Shown here in pieces: positions 18,132 through 26,810 of a stretch of DNA of 64,000 nt (the stretch's first letter is position 1; each line of letters begins with the position of its first letter). Made by a program: the position numbers and the translations under genes. Under the pieces are notes generated by a model, which saw only the letters and a list, made by a program, of their open reading frames with translations, ran no database searches and was not told the DNA's origin. Source of the stretch: an uncultured Acidobacteriota bacterium (GTDB taxonomy: Bacteria; Acidobacteriota; UBA6911; RPQK01; JAPXNP01); NCBI GenBank assembly GCA_963777605.1, contig CAVZRV010000029.1:352001-416000 (forward strand), in the 5' to 3' direction.

Positions 18132-20636
18132 CTAACCTCGGGCCGGGGATACCTCGACCGCCTGTCCTCCCCAGAGCGTTGGTGGATGCTCCTCGAAGAG
18201 CTGGTAGGTCGCGATCTTGATCCCGTCGTTGATAAAGAACCAGGCGAAGGCATATGCCCAGATGATCACGGCCCAGTTCCAGCCGATCGCCGGCATGAAG
18301 ATGCCGTAGACGGCAGCGAGTGTGGCCAGGACCTTCGTGCCGATCGCTGCCCAGAGCAGAACCGGGGAAGGTCGCAGGGACCAGAAGGGTCCCCGGGTCC
18401 GGGTAATGAAAATGGTCAGGTGCCCGGCAATCGCCAGTTTCAGAAACATCATGGTCTGAATCGTTCCTGACGGTAGGTGGAACAGGTGCTCGGCGAAATA
18501 GAACAGCCCGAATGAGGCGACTACTCCTGCCAGCCCAAGTACCGTGGACATTCCAAGGACCACCGGCATGTTCCACTTCTCCGGTTTCGGAGATGGGCGT
18601 ACGTAGTCATAGGCGATCGCGAGGATTGGACCATCGTTCAGCAGCGCCAGCAAGACGATCATGGCGGCGGTCACCGGGTAGAAGTTGAACACGAGAATCG
18701 AAAGAGTCATGAATATCAGGACCCTGATCGTTTCGGTGATCCGGTAGATCGCGTAGCTGTTCATCCGCTGGAAGATCCGGCGGCTTTCACGGATCGCGTC
18801 AACGATAACCGAGAGGCCCGGGCTCGTCAGGACGATGTCGGCAGCTGCACGAGCCGCGTCGGTGGAACCCGAAACGGCAATTCCGGCATCAGCCTCCTTG
18901 AGTGCGGGGGCGTCGTTGACTCCGTCTCCGGTCATGCCGACGATATGACCGTGCTGCTGGAGGACGTCTACGATGCGGAATTTGTGTTCAGGGTATACCT
19001 GGGCGAAACCGTCGCTGTTCTCGATGGCGCTCGCCAAGGCGGTTTCCGATCCGGGCTCATCACTGTCAAGTCGCTCAGCGTCGAGTATTTTGGTTCCCAG
19101 GTCGAGCTGACGAGAAATCTCGCGGGCGATGGCGACCTGATCTCCAGTCAGCATCTTGACTCGAATCCCGAGTTCCTCTGCCGACCGAATTACTTGTTTG
19201 CTGTCTTCCCGCGGCGGATCGAGAAGGGGAAGGATGCCCAGGAATTCCCACTCGTCGCGCTCGTTGGTCCGGGCCACCCCGAGGGCACGAAATCCTCGCG
19301 AGGCAAAGTCTTCGATAGCGGACTCGACCTCCGCCCGGACCTGGTCCGCGTTGGAGGAGAGGCGCAGAATCACTTGCGGGGCGCCCTTGGAGACTCGATA
19401 GCTTTTGCCGTTGCTTTGGACGGTTGCCTCGGTCCTCTTGGAAACTGGATCAAAAGGCTGGAAATGAGTGATTTCAACCGATGATTGTTCGGGGCCGGCT
19501 CCGCCCAGGACGGCCAAATCGATCGGGTCTTCATCCTCGGCTCGGGAAGCCAGGGCCGCATTGGCGATAACTTCCTGGGGAGACACGTTGGAGAGACAGA
19601 AGGGTTCGCCGAGGGTGAGACGGTTCTGAGTCAGTGTGCCGGTCTTGTCCGAGCAGAGCACGTCGATGCCGGCCAGTTCCTCGACACTCGCCAGACGGGT
19701 GACGATAGCTTTCTTGCGGGCCAGGAGCCTTGCTCCGACCGCCATCGTGACGGACAGAACAGTTGGCATCGCAACCGGAATGGCTGCCACCGTCAGGACC
19801 AGCGCAAACTCGATCGTGGTTGTGAGGGGGTCTCCCCGCATGATGGCCACGGTTAGAATCAGAGCTACCAGGACCAGGGCGATCATGATCAGGTAATCGC
19901 CGATTTTGAGGATGGCTTTTTGAAAGTGGCTTTTCTTGGGAGCTGTCTCAACCAGAGAGGCTGTCCGGCCGAAGAAGGTATTGAGCCCCGTGGATTCAAC
20001 CACCGCATCGATCTCTCCCTGCCTGACAATCGACCCGGAGTAGGCCAGGTCCCCTGAATGGCAGGATGCCGGCAAAGACTCTCCGGTCAGGGAAGATTGG
20101 TCAATGGCCAGGGGATCTCCCTCGAGAAGCCGCGCATCGGCGGGTACGATATCGCCCAGTCTCAGCCGGATCAGGTCTCCGGGAACCAGCGTTTTGGCTT
20201 CAACCGTGCTCCATTGTCCATCCCGTTTGACTTTTGCGCGCAGCGCCAGCCTCGATTTCAGGGCGCTGACGGTGTTGCCGGCCTGGTACTCTTCCCAGAA
20301 TCCGACGATGGCGTTTCCAACCAGCAGGGTGACCACGATGCCGAAGTCAGCCCAGTGTTGAACGATTGCCGACAGAATGGCGGCACTTTCAATCATCCAC
20401 GCGATTGGGCCCCAGAAATAGGAAAGGAATTGCAGTACCGGGTTCGTTTTCTTTTCGGGGAGCTCGTTGTGTCCGTACTTTTCCAGGCGGTGCGCAACTT
20501 CTTCATGAGTCAGGCCAACAACGGATGGTTGCGGTTTTTTGTCCATCGATCGACCGCCGCTCTCATCCCGCAAAACGTCAGGGTTGATCGCGTGAGTTGC
20601 AGTCTGAGCTGATTCTAAAGTTCTCGTCTCGGACAT
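18132..20636 (-). CDS. Plasma-membrane proton-efflux P-type ATPase (P3A family)
   Basis: LTGESLP, AIPVAMPTV (M4), CSDKTGTLT, KGAPQ, MTGDGVNDAPALK, YAIYRI (M5), LLNDG...IAYD (M6 proton-acceptor Asp); ATG 20636 after GGGGAG. Confidence 0.93.
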   Translation of the reverse strand: MSETRTLESAQTATHAINPDVLRDESGGRSMDKKPQPSVVGLTHEEVAHRLEKYGHNELPEKKTNPVLQFLSYFWGPIAWMIESAAILSAIVQHWADFGIVVTLLVGNAIVGFWEEYQAGNTVSALKSRLALRAKVKRDGQWSTVEAKTLVPGDLIRLRLGDIVPADARLLEGDPLAIDQSSLTGESLPASCHSGDLAYSGSIVRQGEIDAVVESTGLNTFFGRTASLVETAPKKSHFQKAILKIGDYLIMIALVLVALILTVAIMRGDPLTTTIEFALVLTVAAIPVAMPTVLSVTMAVGARLLARKKAIVTRLASVEELAGIDVLCSDKTGTLTQNRLTLGEPFCLSNVSPQEVIANAALASRAEDEDPIDLAVLGGAGPEQSSVEITHFQPFDPVSKRTEATVQSNGKSYRVSKGAPQVILRLSSNADQVRAEVESAIEDFASRGFRALGVARTNERDEWEFLGILPLLDPPREDSKQVIRSAEELGIRVKMLTGDQVAIAREISRQLDLGTKILDAERLDSDEPGSETALASAIENSDGFAQVYPEHKFRIVDVLQQHGHIVGMTGDGVNDAPALKEADAGIAVSGSTDAARAAADIVLTSPGLSVIVDAIRESRRIFQRMNSYAIYRITETIRVLIFMTLSILVFNFYPVTAAMIVLLALLNDGPILAIAYDYVRPSPKPEKWNMPVVLGMSTVLGLAGVVASFGLFYFAEHLFHLPSGTIQTMMFLKLAIAGHLTIFITRTRGPFWSLRPSPVLLWAAIGTKVLATLAAVYGIFMPAIGWNWAVIIWAYAFAWFFINDGIKIATYQLFEEHPPTLWGGQAVEVSPARG

Positions 20637-20720
20637 ATTCCATCTCCCCGACGGGCAGCACCCGGCCAAACAAGTACGAACTCCGGGCTGACCTGCCCAC
20701 TCTTACTGCCAAACCCTTAG

Positions 20721-20736
20721 AGCAACTCGTGTGCCA
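20721..20736 (-). promoter_or_regulatory. Sigma-54 (-24/-12) promoter of the ATPase operon
   Basis: Minus strand reads TGGCAC-ACGAG-TTGCT, a perfect consensus; AT-rich IHF-like tract at about 20750-20777 just upstream. Confidence 0.8.
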
Positions 20737-20804
20737 CCGGAGGAAAATGTTTAAGTGGTTTAAAATAAAGTGCGTTACGTGATTCTAGTGAAAACCCTCC
20801 AGTG

Positions 20805-20838
20805 TGACGGAATTGCCGCAAACTGCAAAACTGTCCCA
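20805..20838. promoter_or_regulatory. Putative enhancer (bEBP) sites for the ATPase promoter
   Basis: Minus strand TGCGGCAATTCCGTCA (20805-20820) and TGGGACAGTTTTGCA (20824-20838), 70-100 bp upstream of -24. Confidence 0.5.
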
Positions 20839-20882
20839 CGTGGGTTGAATCAGAAACCGTCCTGGAGGACACTCTGCCCTGG

Positions 20883-21698
20883 ATGAAACGGACCAAATTC
20901 CCTCTCTATTTCCTGATGGGGCTCGGTTTGGCGGCACTCATCAGCCCTGTGCCGGGACAATCGTTGCCGCTCACTCGCGCCCATGCTCACAACGATTACC
21001 TGCACGATCGGCCGCTGTTCGATGCGCTTGAGCAGGGCTTCTGCAGCGTCGAGGCCGACGTGTTCTATCTGGACGGGCAGTTCCTGGTTGCCCACGAGAG
21101 ACCCGAGGTGGTGCCCGGGAGGACTCTTGAAGGGCTCTATCTCGAGCCGTTGAGGAACCGGGTCGGGGAGAACAGTGGATCAGTTCAGCCCGGAGCGGAG
21201 GATTTCTTCCTCTGGATCGACGTGAAGACGGATGGAGAAGAGGCCTGGCCTGCGTTGAGAGATCTGCTGCTCTCCTACCGGGACATCCTCTCAGTTGCCG
21301 AGAGCGACGTGCTCCACCGAGGGCCCGTCTCGGTGATCGTATCGGGCAACCGGGCCGCGTCTTTGATGCTCGGGGACAGGGTGCTTCCGGCGACAATCGA
21401 CGGGCGTTTCTCCGACCTCAACCTTGGAATGAGTCCGCGCATTATGTCCTGGTTGAGTGATGACTACAGTCGCTATTTCACCTGGTCGGGAGACGGAGAG
21501 ATGCCCTCTTCACAGCTTGAGAACCTCCAGGAATTCGTGACCGCCGCCCATGAGCGTGGGTACCGGGTTCGGTTGTGGGCGATTCCTGACCGGGCAAGTG
21601 CATGGGCCGTTCTGGAGGAAGCCGGCGTCGATTTGATCAACACCGACGACTTGAAAGGACTAAGCCGGTTTCTTCGTGACCGGGAGAAGCCGGATTGA
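20883..21698 (+). CDS. Exported PI-PLC/glycerophosphodiester phosphodiesterase-like protein
   Basis: Signal peptide, AHAHNDY, SVEADV, LWIDVK, GVDLINTD. Confidence 0.8.
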   Translation: MKRTKFPLYFLMGLGLAALISPVPGQSLPLTRAHAHNDYLHDRPLFDALEQGFCSVEADVFYLDGQFLVAHERPEVVPGRTLEGLYLEPLRNRVGENSGSVQPGAEDFFLWIDVKTDGEEAWPALRDLLLSYRDILSVAESDVLHRGPVSVIVSGNRAASLMLGDRVLPATIDGRFSDLNLGMSPRIMSWLSDDYSRYFTWSGDGEMPSSQLENLQEFVTAAHERGYRVRLWAIPDRASAWAVLEEAGVDLINTDDLKGLSRFLRDREKPD

Positions 21699-23302
21699 CC
21701 GCGAGAGAAGCGATGAACAGCAAGGCGATCCCGGCAAAGGTCGTCGGGACGTGGGCTGTCGGGTTTTTTGCCATTCTGGCCGTCAACGCCGTTTGGCAGG
21801 CGCTGAATCAGATGCCTCCGGCCTGGGATATGGCCTATCACCAGAGGATGGGCTGGTCCTTCTACGAGGCCCTGCGGGACGGTGCGTCATTTTCCACCCT
21901 GATCCATCTCAGTGACTACTATCCGCCGCTCTATTATCTGGTCGAGGCCCTGTTCTTTGCACTGTTCGGGCCAACTTGCTGGCTGCCTTTCCTGGCAAAC
22001 TTGCCGGGCCTTGTCCTGTTGAGCTATTTCTCATTCCGGCTTGCCTGGAGTTCTGCAGAGAGCCGGTGGGCTCCTCTCGCCGGGCATCTTGTCCTGATGC
22101 TGCCCCTGCTTGCATGGACGAGCCGGGAATCGCTCCTGGACCCTTCGCTTTCCGGCTTACTGGCGCTGGCGCTTTTCCTGTTGCTACGAAGCGACTGTTT
22201 TCTGGAGCGGAAGTGGACACTGGGTTTCGGCCTCTCGGTCGCCGCCGGGCTCCTTCTCAAGTGGACCTTTATCGCTTTTGTGGTTCCGGGCGTCCTTTAT
22301 TGTCTTTGGAGATCTCCGCGTCGGCCGTTGTCACTGAGAAATCTCCTGGATGCGGTTTTGGTAGCAATGCCACCGGCGTTCCTCTGGTACCTACCCAACC
22401 TGAATTCGCTTATCGAGCGTTTCCGCCTGACCACGGCCGGGGCAGGGTGGGAACAGGATCCGGAGGTCTGGAGCCTGCTGGGTTGGGTCTACTACCCCCG
22501 CTGCCTGGCGGGCTACTATCTCTTTCTTCCCCTCACGGTTGCCTTTCTCTGGGCTGTTTGGCGGCTGGCCGCTGCTTACCGGGCAGGGAACACTCGAACT
22601 GCATCCGAGCTTGTGAGCTCGCGCGTCCTGACGGGGATCGTGACCGTGACTCTGGTTGGCGGACTGCTGCTCCTGGGCCTGTTGAAGGCCAAGGACCCGC
22701 GCTATGCCATGCCCTTTGTGGTGCCCCTCGTGTTGATCCTCTACCAGGGTTTCGTCGATCGCCCCCGGGCCTTCCAGTTGGTGGCCGGTTGGGCCTCGCT
22801 CCAGTTTCTCCTGATTTCGTTTGCGGTTCCCCTGGACCCCGGCAAGATCGCCCTCTTTGCTCTGGACCCCGACCCCGACTTCGTCGGGATGCGGCAGGAA
22901 TGGGTCTGGTTCGAGTCGAACTACTTTGGAGTTGTCGGGCCACCTCGCCGTGAGAACTGGCACTATGCCGACATCCTCGGCCACCTGTCTTCAGGTGACC
23001 AGGTCGGATTCGTGCCCGACGCAACCTTCTTCCATCCTGGTGCTCTCGAACTCAAAGCCGCCGAGCGTGGAATCGAATTGACGGTCTTTCGCCTCGGAAT
23101 CACGGAGGGCTGGCCGGACAGGCTCAAGAAGACGGACTGGGTCGTTGGTAAAAGCGGAAGCCAGGGGATATCCTATATCACTCTCTACAACCGGGATGTC
23201 TACGCAGCTCTGGAAACGCTTAATTGGCCTCGAGTTGACACATGGGAATTGCCCGACGGAAGCCAGGCGATGATCTGGCGAAATCCTTCCCGATCTCAAT
23301 AG
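21695..23302 (+). CDS. GT-C fold (ArnT-like) membrane glycosyltransferase
   Basis: PAWDMAYH, YYPPLYY, LLKWT, KDPRY and multiple TM helices. Confidence 0.78.
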   Translation: MTAREAMNSKAIPAKVVGTWAVGFFAILAVNAVWQALNQMPPAWDMAYHQRMGWSFYEALRDGASFSTLIHLSDYYPPLYYLVEALFFALFGPTCWLPFLANLPGLVLLSYFSFRLAWSSAESRWAPLAGHLVLMLPLLAWTSRESLLDPSLSGLLALALFLLLRSDCFLERKWTLGFGLSVAAGLLLKWTFIAFVVPGVLYCLWRSPRRPLSLRNLLDAVLVAMPPAFLWYLPNLNSLIERFRLTTAGAGWEQDPEVWSLLGWVYYPRCLAGYYLFLPLTVAFLWAVWRLAAAYRAGNTRTASELVSSRVLTGIVTVTLVGGLLLLGLLKAKDPRYAMPFVVPLVLILYQGFVDRPRAFQLVAGWASLQFLLISFAVPLDPGKIALFALDPDPDFVGMRQEWVWFESNYFGVVGPPRRENWHYADILGHLSSGDQVGFVPDATFFHPGALELKAAERGIELTVFRLGITEGWPDRLKKTDWVVGKSGSQGISYITLYNRDVYAALETLNWPRVDTWELPDGSQAMIWRNPSRSQ

Positions 23303-24285
23303 TGATCCCGGTCCACAATGGAGCCTGTTTTCTTCGCCGCTGCCTGGCGGCACTGGTAGAGAACGATCTCACCGAGTGCGAAATCATCGTTGTGGACGAC
23401 TGTTCCACGGATGAGCCCTCCGCCGTCTGCGGAGAGTTCGCCGGTCAACTCCCACTGCGGACTGTTGCACTGAAGGCCAGGAGCGGTCCGGCCTCGGCCA
23501 GAAACCGGGGTGCAGTTCAAGCACGACATCCTTACCTGTTGTTCCTCGATGCCGACGTCTTGCTTCCCGCCAGGGCGATCGGCTTCTTTCGAGAAACCAT
23601 TGATCTGTACACGCACCGGGCGGACATAGCCGGGGCGCTGGGATGCTATTCCGAGGACATCCCTTCGTCGGGATTCTTCTCCAACTTCAAGAACCTGGCC
23701 ACCTCGTATCTCTATCGAATTACCGAAACGCAGAGCCCGTTTGTTCACACCGCGATGTTGCTGGTCCGTCGGGAGGTCTTGGATACAGTGGGTGGCTTCG
23801 AAGAGGGTCTCTTCAAGGCGGAGGATTTCAAACTGGGAATGTCGCTCGGTTCCCGCGGGTACCGGTTCGTGATTGACTGGAGGATTCAGGGCATTCACCT
23901 CAAGGAGTACGGCCTGTGGGACATCCTGGTCGAGGACTGGCAGCGCATACGCGCATTGAGGCAGCTCCGGGCCGATCGGAAGGAGAAGGCCTTCTCCTTC
24001 CGCGCGCACCGGTTGGGGCGGATTCTGTCGCTCGGCCTCCCCGGTCCCATTCTCCTCCTCCTTGGCCTGAGCGCGGTCTGGGGTTGGCTGCCCGCCCAGT
24101 GGGCATTGCTACTGTTTGGGGTTTTCGTGGGGGCGAACTTTTCCTTCCTGAGCTACCTTCGGCGACATCGAGGAAATGGGTTTGCCGGGATGAGCCTGGC
24201 TATGCTATTCGTCGAGATGCTGTGGGCAGAATTGGCGGTTGCCTCCAGCGTCGTCCGAATTTCTGACTCAGGACACCGTGGCTAG
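23242..24285 (+). CDS. Family 2 glycosyltransferase with C-terminal TM helices
   Basis: ISIVIPVHN, IIVVDDCSTD, ARNRG, FLDAD, ED motif; exact start uncertain. Confidence 0.88.
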   Translation: MGIARRKPGDDLAKSFPISIVIPVHNGACFLRRCLAALVENDLTECEIIVVDDCSTDEPSAVCGEFAGQLPLRTVALKARSGPASARNRGAVQARHPYLLFLDADVLLPARAIGFFRETIDLYTHRADIAGALGCYSEDIPSSGFFSNFKNLATSYLYRITETQSPFVHTAMLLVRREVLDTVGGFEEGLFKAEDFKLGMSLGSRGYRFVIDWRIQGIHLKEYGLWDILVEDWQRIRALRQLRADRKEKAFSFRAHRLGRILSLGLPGPILLLLGLSAVWGWLPAQWALLLFGVFVGANFSFLSYLRRHRGNGFAGMSLAMLFVEMLWAELAVASSVVRISDSGHRG

Positions 24286-24647
24286 GCGGGTCCCATGCCT
24301 TCCTTGATTGCAACGAGTCGGCGAAACAGGCGCCGGTATGGGGCCCACCGGCAGTCCTGCCCACAGTCATAGCTGCTGAGTAGGTTCATGCAGTGATCGT
24401 CGCAGGCTTCATCGCCCCGCAGCACCTGTCGGGGGATAGGCTCGGTGACGAGTTTCCGAAAAGCCTCGACTTGAACCGCGAATGTTGTACCGCAACCGGG
24501 GGTCTCGTGATTGAAGTAGTAAAAATTGAGATTGGCGTCTGCATGGTCCAGGTTCATTCCGATGAGCTTTACCCGACTGTCTTCGACGAGGTCGGCGAGA
24601 GTAAAGCAGGTCTTGCATCGGGGGCAGAGTTTGACCGGATCGTGCAT
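24282..24647 (-). CDS. Small Cys-rich hypothetical protein (probable metal binder)
   Basis: CPRC...FNH...CGTT...CDDHC...CGQDC; 8 Cys in 121 aa. Confidence 0.65.
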   Translation of the reverse strand: MHDPVKLCPRCKTCFTLADLVEDSRVKLIGMNLDHADANLNFYYFNHETPGCGTTFAVQVEAFRKLVTEPIPRQVLRGDEACDDHCMNLLSSYDCGQDCRWAPYRRLFRRLVAIKEGMGPA

Positions 24648-24795
24648 CGCAGAAGCTGAAAAAGTACCACAACCCCGTGATTTCGGTCGAGATTTTGCGC
24701 ACAATTCGAGTGCCAAATGAAAAGAATTCCAATCCCGGATCATTTTTGGATCTACGTTCGCCTTGCGCTGGCCGCCCTCTCTTGGGGAGGTACGT

Positions 24796-25893
24796 TTATC
24801 GCCGGGAGGGTGGCGGCTTCAGAAGCGAACGGGCCCCGATGCGCAGGGCCCTGCGCGGGGTAAAGAGCGTGTTGACACTCATGGCACACTCATAGGTGCA
24901 CTGACAGCCCAGTGTCTTCTGGTAGGCTCGGGCGTCGCCTGCCGCGCGAGCTTTCCAGAGGGCCGCGAGATCGCAGTCGAAATCCCGGACGTTGCCCATG
25001 CTTCGATCGAGAATTTCGCACGGGTAGACCTCGCCGGTCTCACTGACGACTCCGATCAATTCTCCTCCGAAGCAGGGATTGATCCGCTCGGTTGCCTGGG
25101 CGGCCTCACCGATCAGCCGGTAGGTCTCCTCTTCTTTGGAAATCACCAGCCGGTCTGCCCAGTCGTCGGTCAAACGGTTCCGGCGCCGGTATTCCACCAC
25201 TCTCCGAGCCACCCTCTGGTAGACCTCGAGGTTGACCTCTTTCAGGGAAGGGTCCATGGGATTCCCTCGCGCCAGAGTGACGGTGATGGCATCGGGATGA
25301 AGTTCACCTTCCACGAAGGAGAGGAAGTCGTCAAGCCGGTCCTGGTTGGCGCGGGAGACCGTCAGGGCCACCCCCACTGACAGGTTGGGGAAGCTGGGCT
25401 TCAGCTTCTTGAGTTCCCGGAGCGTTTCGACTGCATGGTCGAAGCTCTTGGGGTTTTGACGGATCTCGTTGTGGATCTCCCTGGGGCCGTCTAGTGAAAC
25501 GCCCGCGCAGACCCGGGAGGTGCGGACTCTCGAAAGTAACTCGCCGGCACGCTCCACGGTCCGGTCAACCAGGAAGCCGTTGGACGGGATCTGGATATTC
25601 CGGGCCCCGGAGTTCTTCGAGAAGAACTCGGCGATCTGGGGGAGGTCTTTGCGAAGGAATGGCTCTCCGCCGGTCAAGGAGACCGAGAGAAGGTTCGGAA
25701 GAGAGCGGCTGATCTTCTCGAACTCGTCCAGCGTCAGTTCATTCTTCTTGAGATTCAGTTCTTCCCAGTAAAAGCAGTGCCGGCAGAGCAGATTGCACTT
25801 GGACGTCACGAAAACGATGAGGTTGACGGGATTGCCTCGCCTCAACAGCAGTCTGCTCGAGATCTTCAGATCCTGGATAATCCTGGGAGGCAT
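24796..25893 (-). CDS. Radical SAM protein with SPASM/Twitch domain
   Basis: CNLLCRHC, TGGEPF, VSLDG, PC...VYPCE...MGN...CQCTYEC. Confidence 0.9.
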   Translation of the reverse strand: MPPRIIQDLKISSRLLLRRGNPVNLIVFVTSKCNLLCRHCFYWEELNLKKNELTLDEFEKISRSLPNLLSVSLTGGEPFLRKDLPQIAEFFSKNSGARNIQIPSNGFLVDRTVERAGELLSRVRTSRVCAGVSLDGPREIHNEIRQNPKSFDHAVETLRELKKLKPSFPNLSVGVALTVSRANQDRLDDFLSFVEGELHPDAITVTLARGNPMDPSLKEVNLEVYQRVARRVVEYRRRNRLTDDWADRLVISKEEETYRLIGEAAQATERINPCFGGELIGVVSETGEVYPCEILDRSMGNVRDFDCDLAALWKARAAGDARAYQKTLGCQCTYECAMSVNTLFTPRRALRIGARSLLKPPPSRR

Positions 25894-26208
25894 GCCTGAT
25901 CAGCATGGTAGCATAGCCTGGTGTTCAGGCACGGATCCGGCCGGGGCTCTGAAAGCGTCATATGATGCGTGACAGGACACTAGGTCCAGACCCCCGGGGC
26001 GCGCTGGTGATCTCGGCAGAGACCCGCCGGGTGCTCCATAAATTGCCGAGGGGCCGCAGTAAGTCCCCGAAGACCTTCCTGGCAGCGCCTTCCACGCCCA
26101 AAGGGATCCATCCAACCCTGCTGTGACTCCTTCCTCCAAACCGCACCGTTTTTCGGTTCGTCCACGTCCGCCATACGTTCTTATCCAATCAAATTCCCAG
26201 GACTCGAA

Positions 26209-26234
26209 TGAACCTTCCGAATCGCCGATCCGTA
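26209..26234 (+). promoter_or_regulatory. Putative ECF sigma promoter
   Basis: TGAAC-N17-CGTA, followed closely by AAGGAG and ATG. Confidence 0.55.
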
Positions 26235-26257
26235 GTAGGTGTCAGAAGGAGCAAATG

Positions 26258-26806
26258 ATGAATCTCAAAAGGATGCTGGTTTTAACCGTGGCGATTTACA
26301 CCTCCGTGTGTGCGGCCCAGGGGGCGAACTACTGGCTGCACGTCCGGGTGCAGAGCCCTGAAAAGTCTGACGCGGTCAAAGTGAACGTTCCGCTCAGCCT
26401 GGTGCAGGCGGTATTGCCTGTGATCGACAGCGAAGAATTCAATCAGGGTCGCATCAAGCTGGGCGAGCAGGAACTCACTGTGCCCGAGATAAGAGCTATC
26501 TGGGAGACAATCAAGGCCCAGGGGAGCTATGAACTCGCATCGATTGATTCGGGAGAAGACCGGGTCCGGATCGCACTCGAAGGTGACGAACTCTTCGTTC
26601 GGTCAATTGAGGGTTCGGGGACCCAGGTTCTCGTCAACATTCCGGTCAGTGTTGTTGACGCGCTCCTTTCCGGAGAAGGGGATACGCTGGACCTGAAGGC
26701 CGGCATCGAGGCTCTCCAGATGGTCGGCGCGATGGACCTCGTGACCGTCAATGATGGAGAATCCATGGTCCGGGTCTGGATCGACGAAGTGAATACGTCG
26801 GAGTAA
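26258..26806 (+). CDS. Exported hypothetical protein with duplicated VxVxxPxxxV motif
   Basis: AAGGAG RBS, signal peptide, VKVNVPLSLVQAVL and VLVNIPVSVVDALL. Confidence 0.75.
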   Translation: MNLKRMLVLTVAIYTSVCAAQGANYWLHVRVQSPEKSDAVKVNVPLSLVQAVLPVIDSEEFNQGRIKLGEQELTVPEIRAIWETIKAQGSYELASIDSGEDRVRIALEGDELFVRSIEGSGTQVLVNIPVSVVDALLSGEGDTLDLKAGIEALQMVGAMDLVTVNDGESMVRVWIDEVNTSE

Positions 26807-26810
26807 CGTC

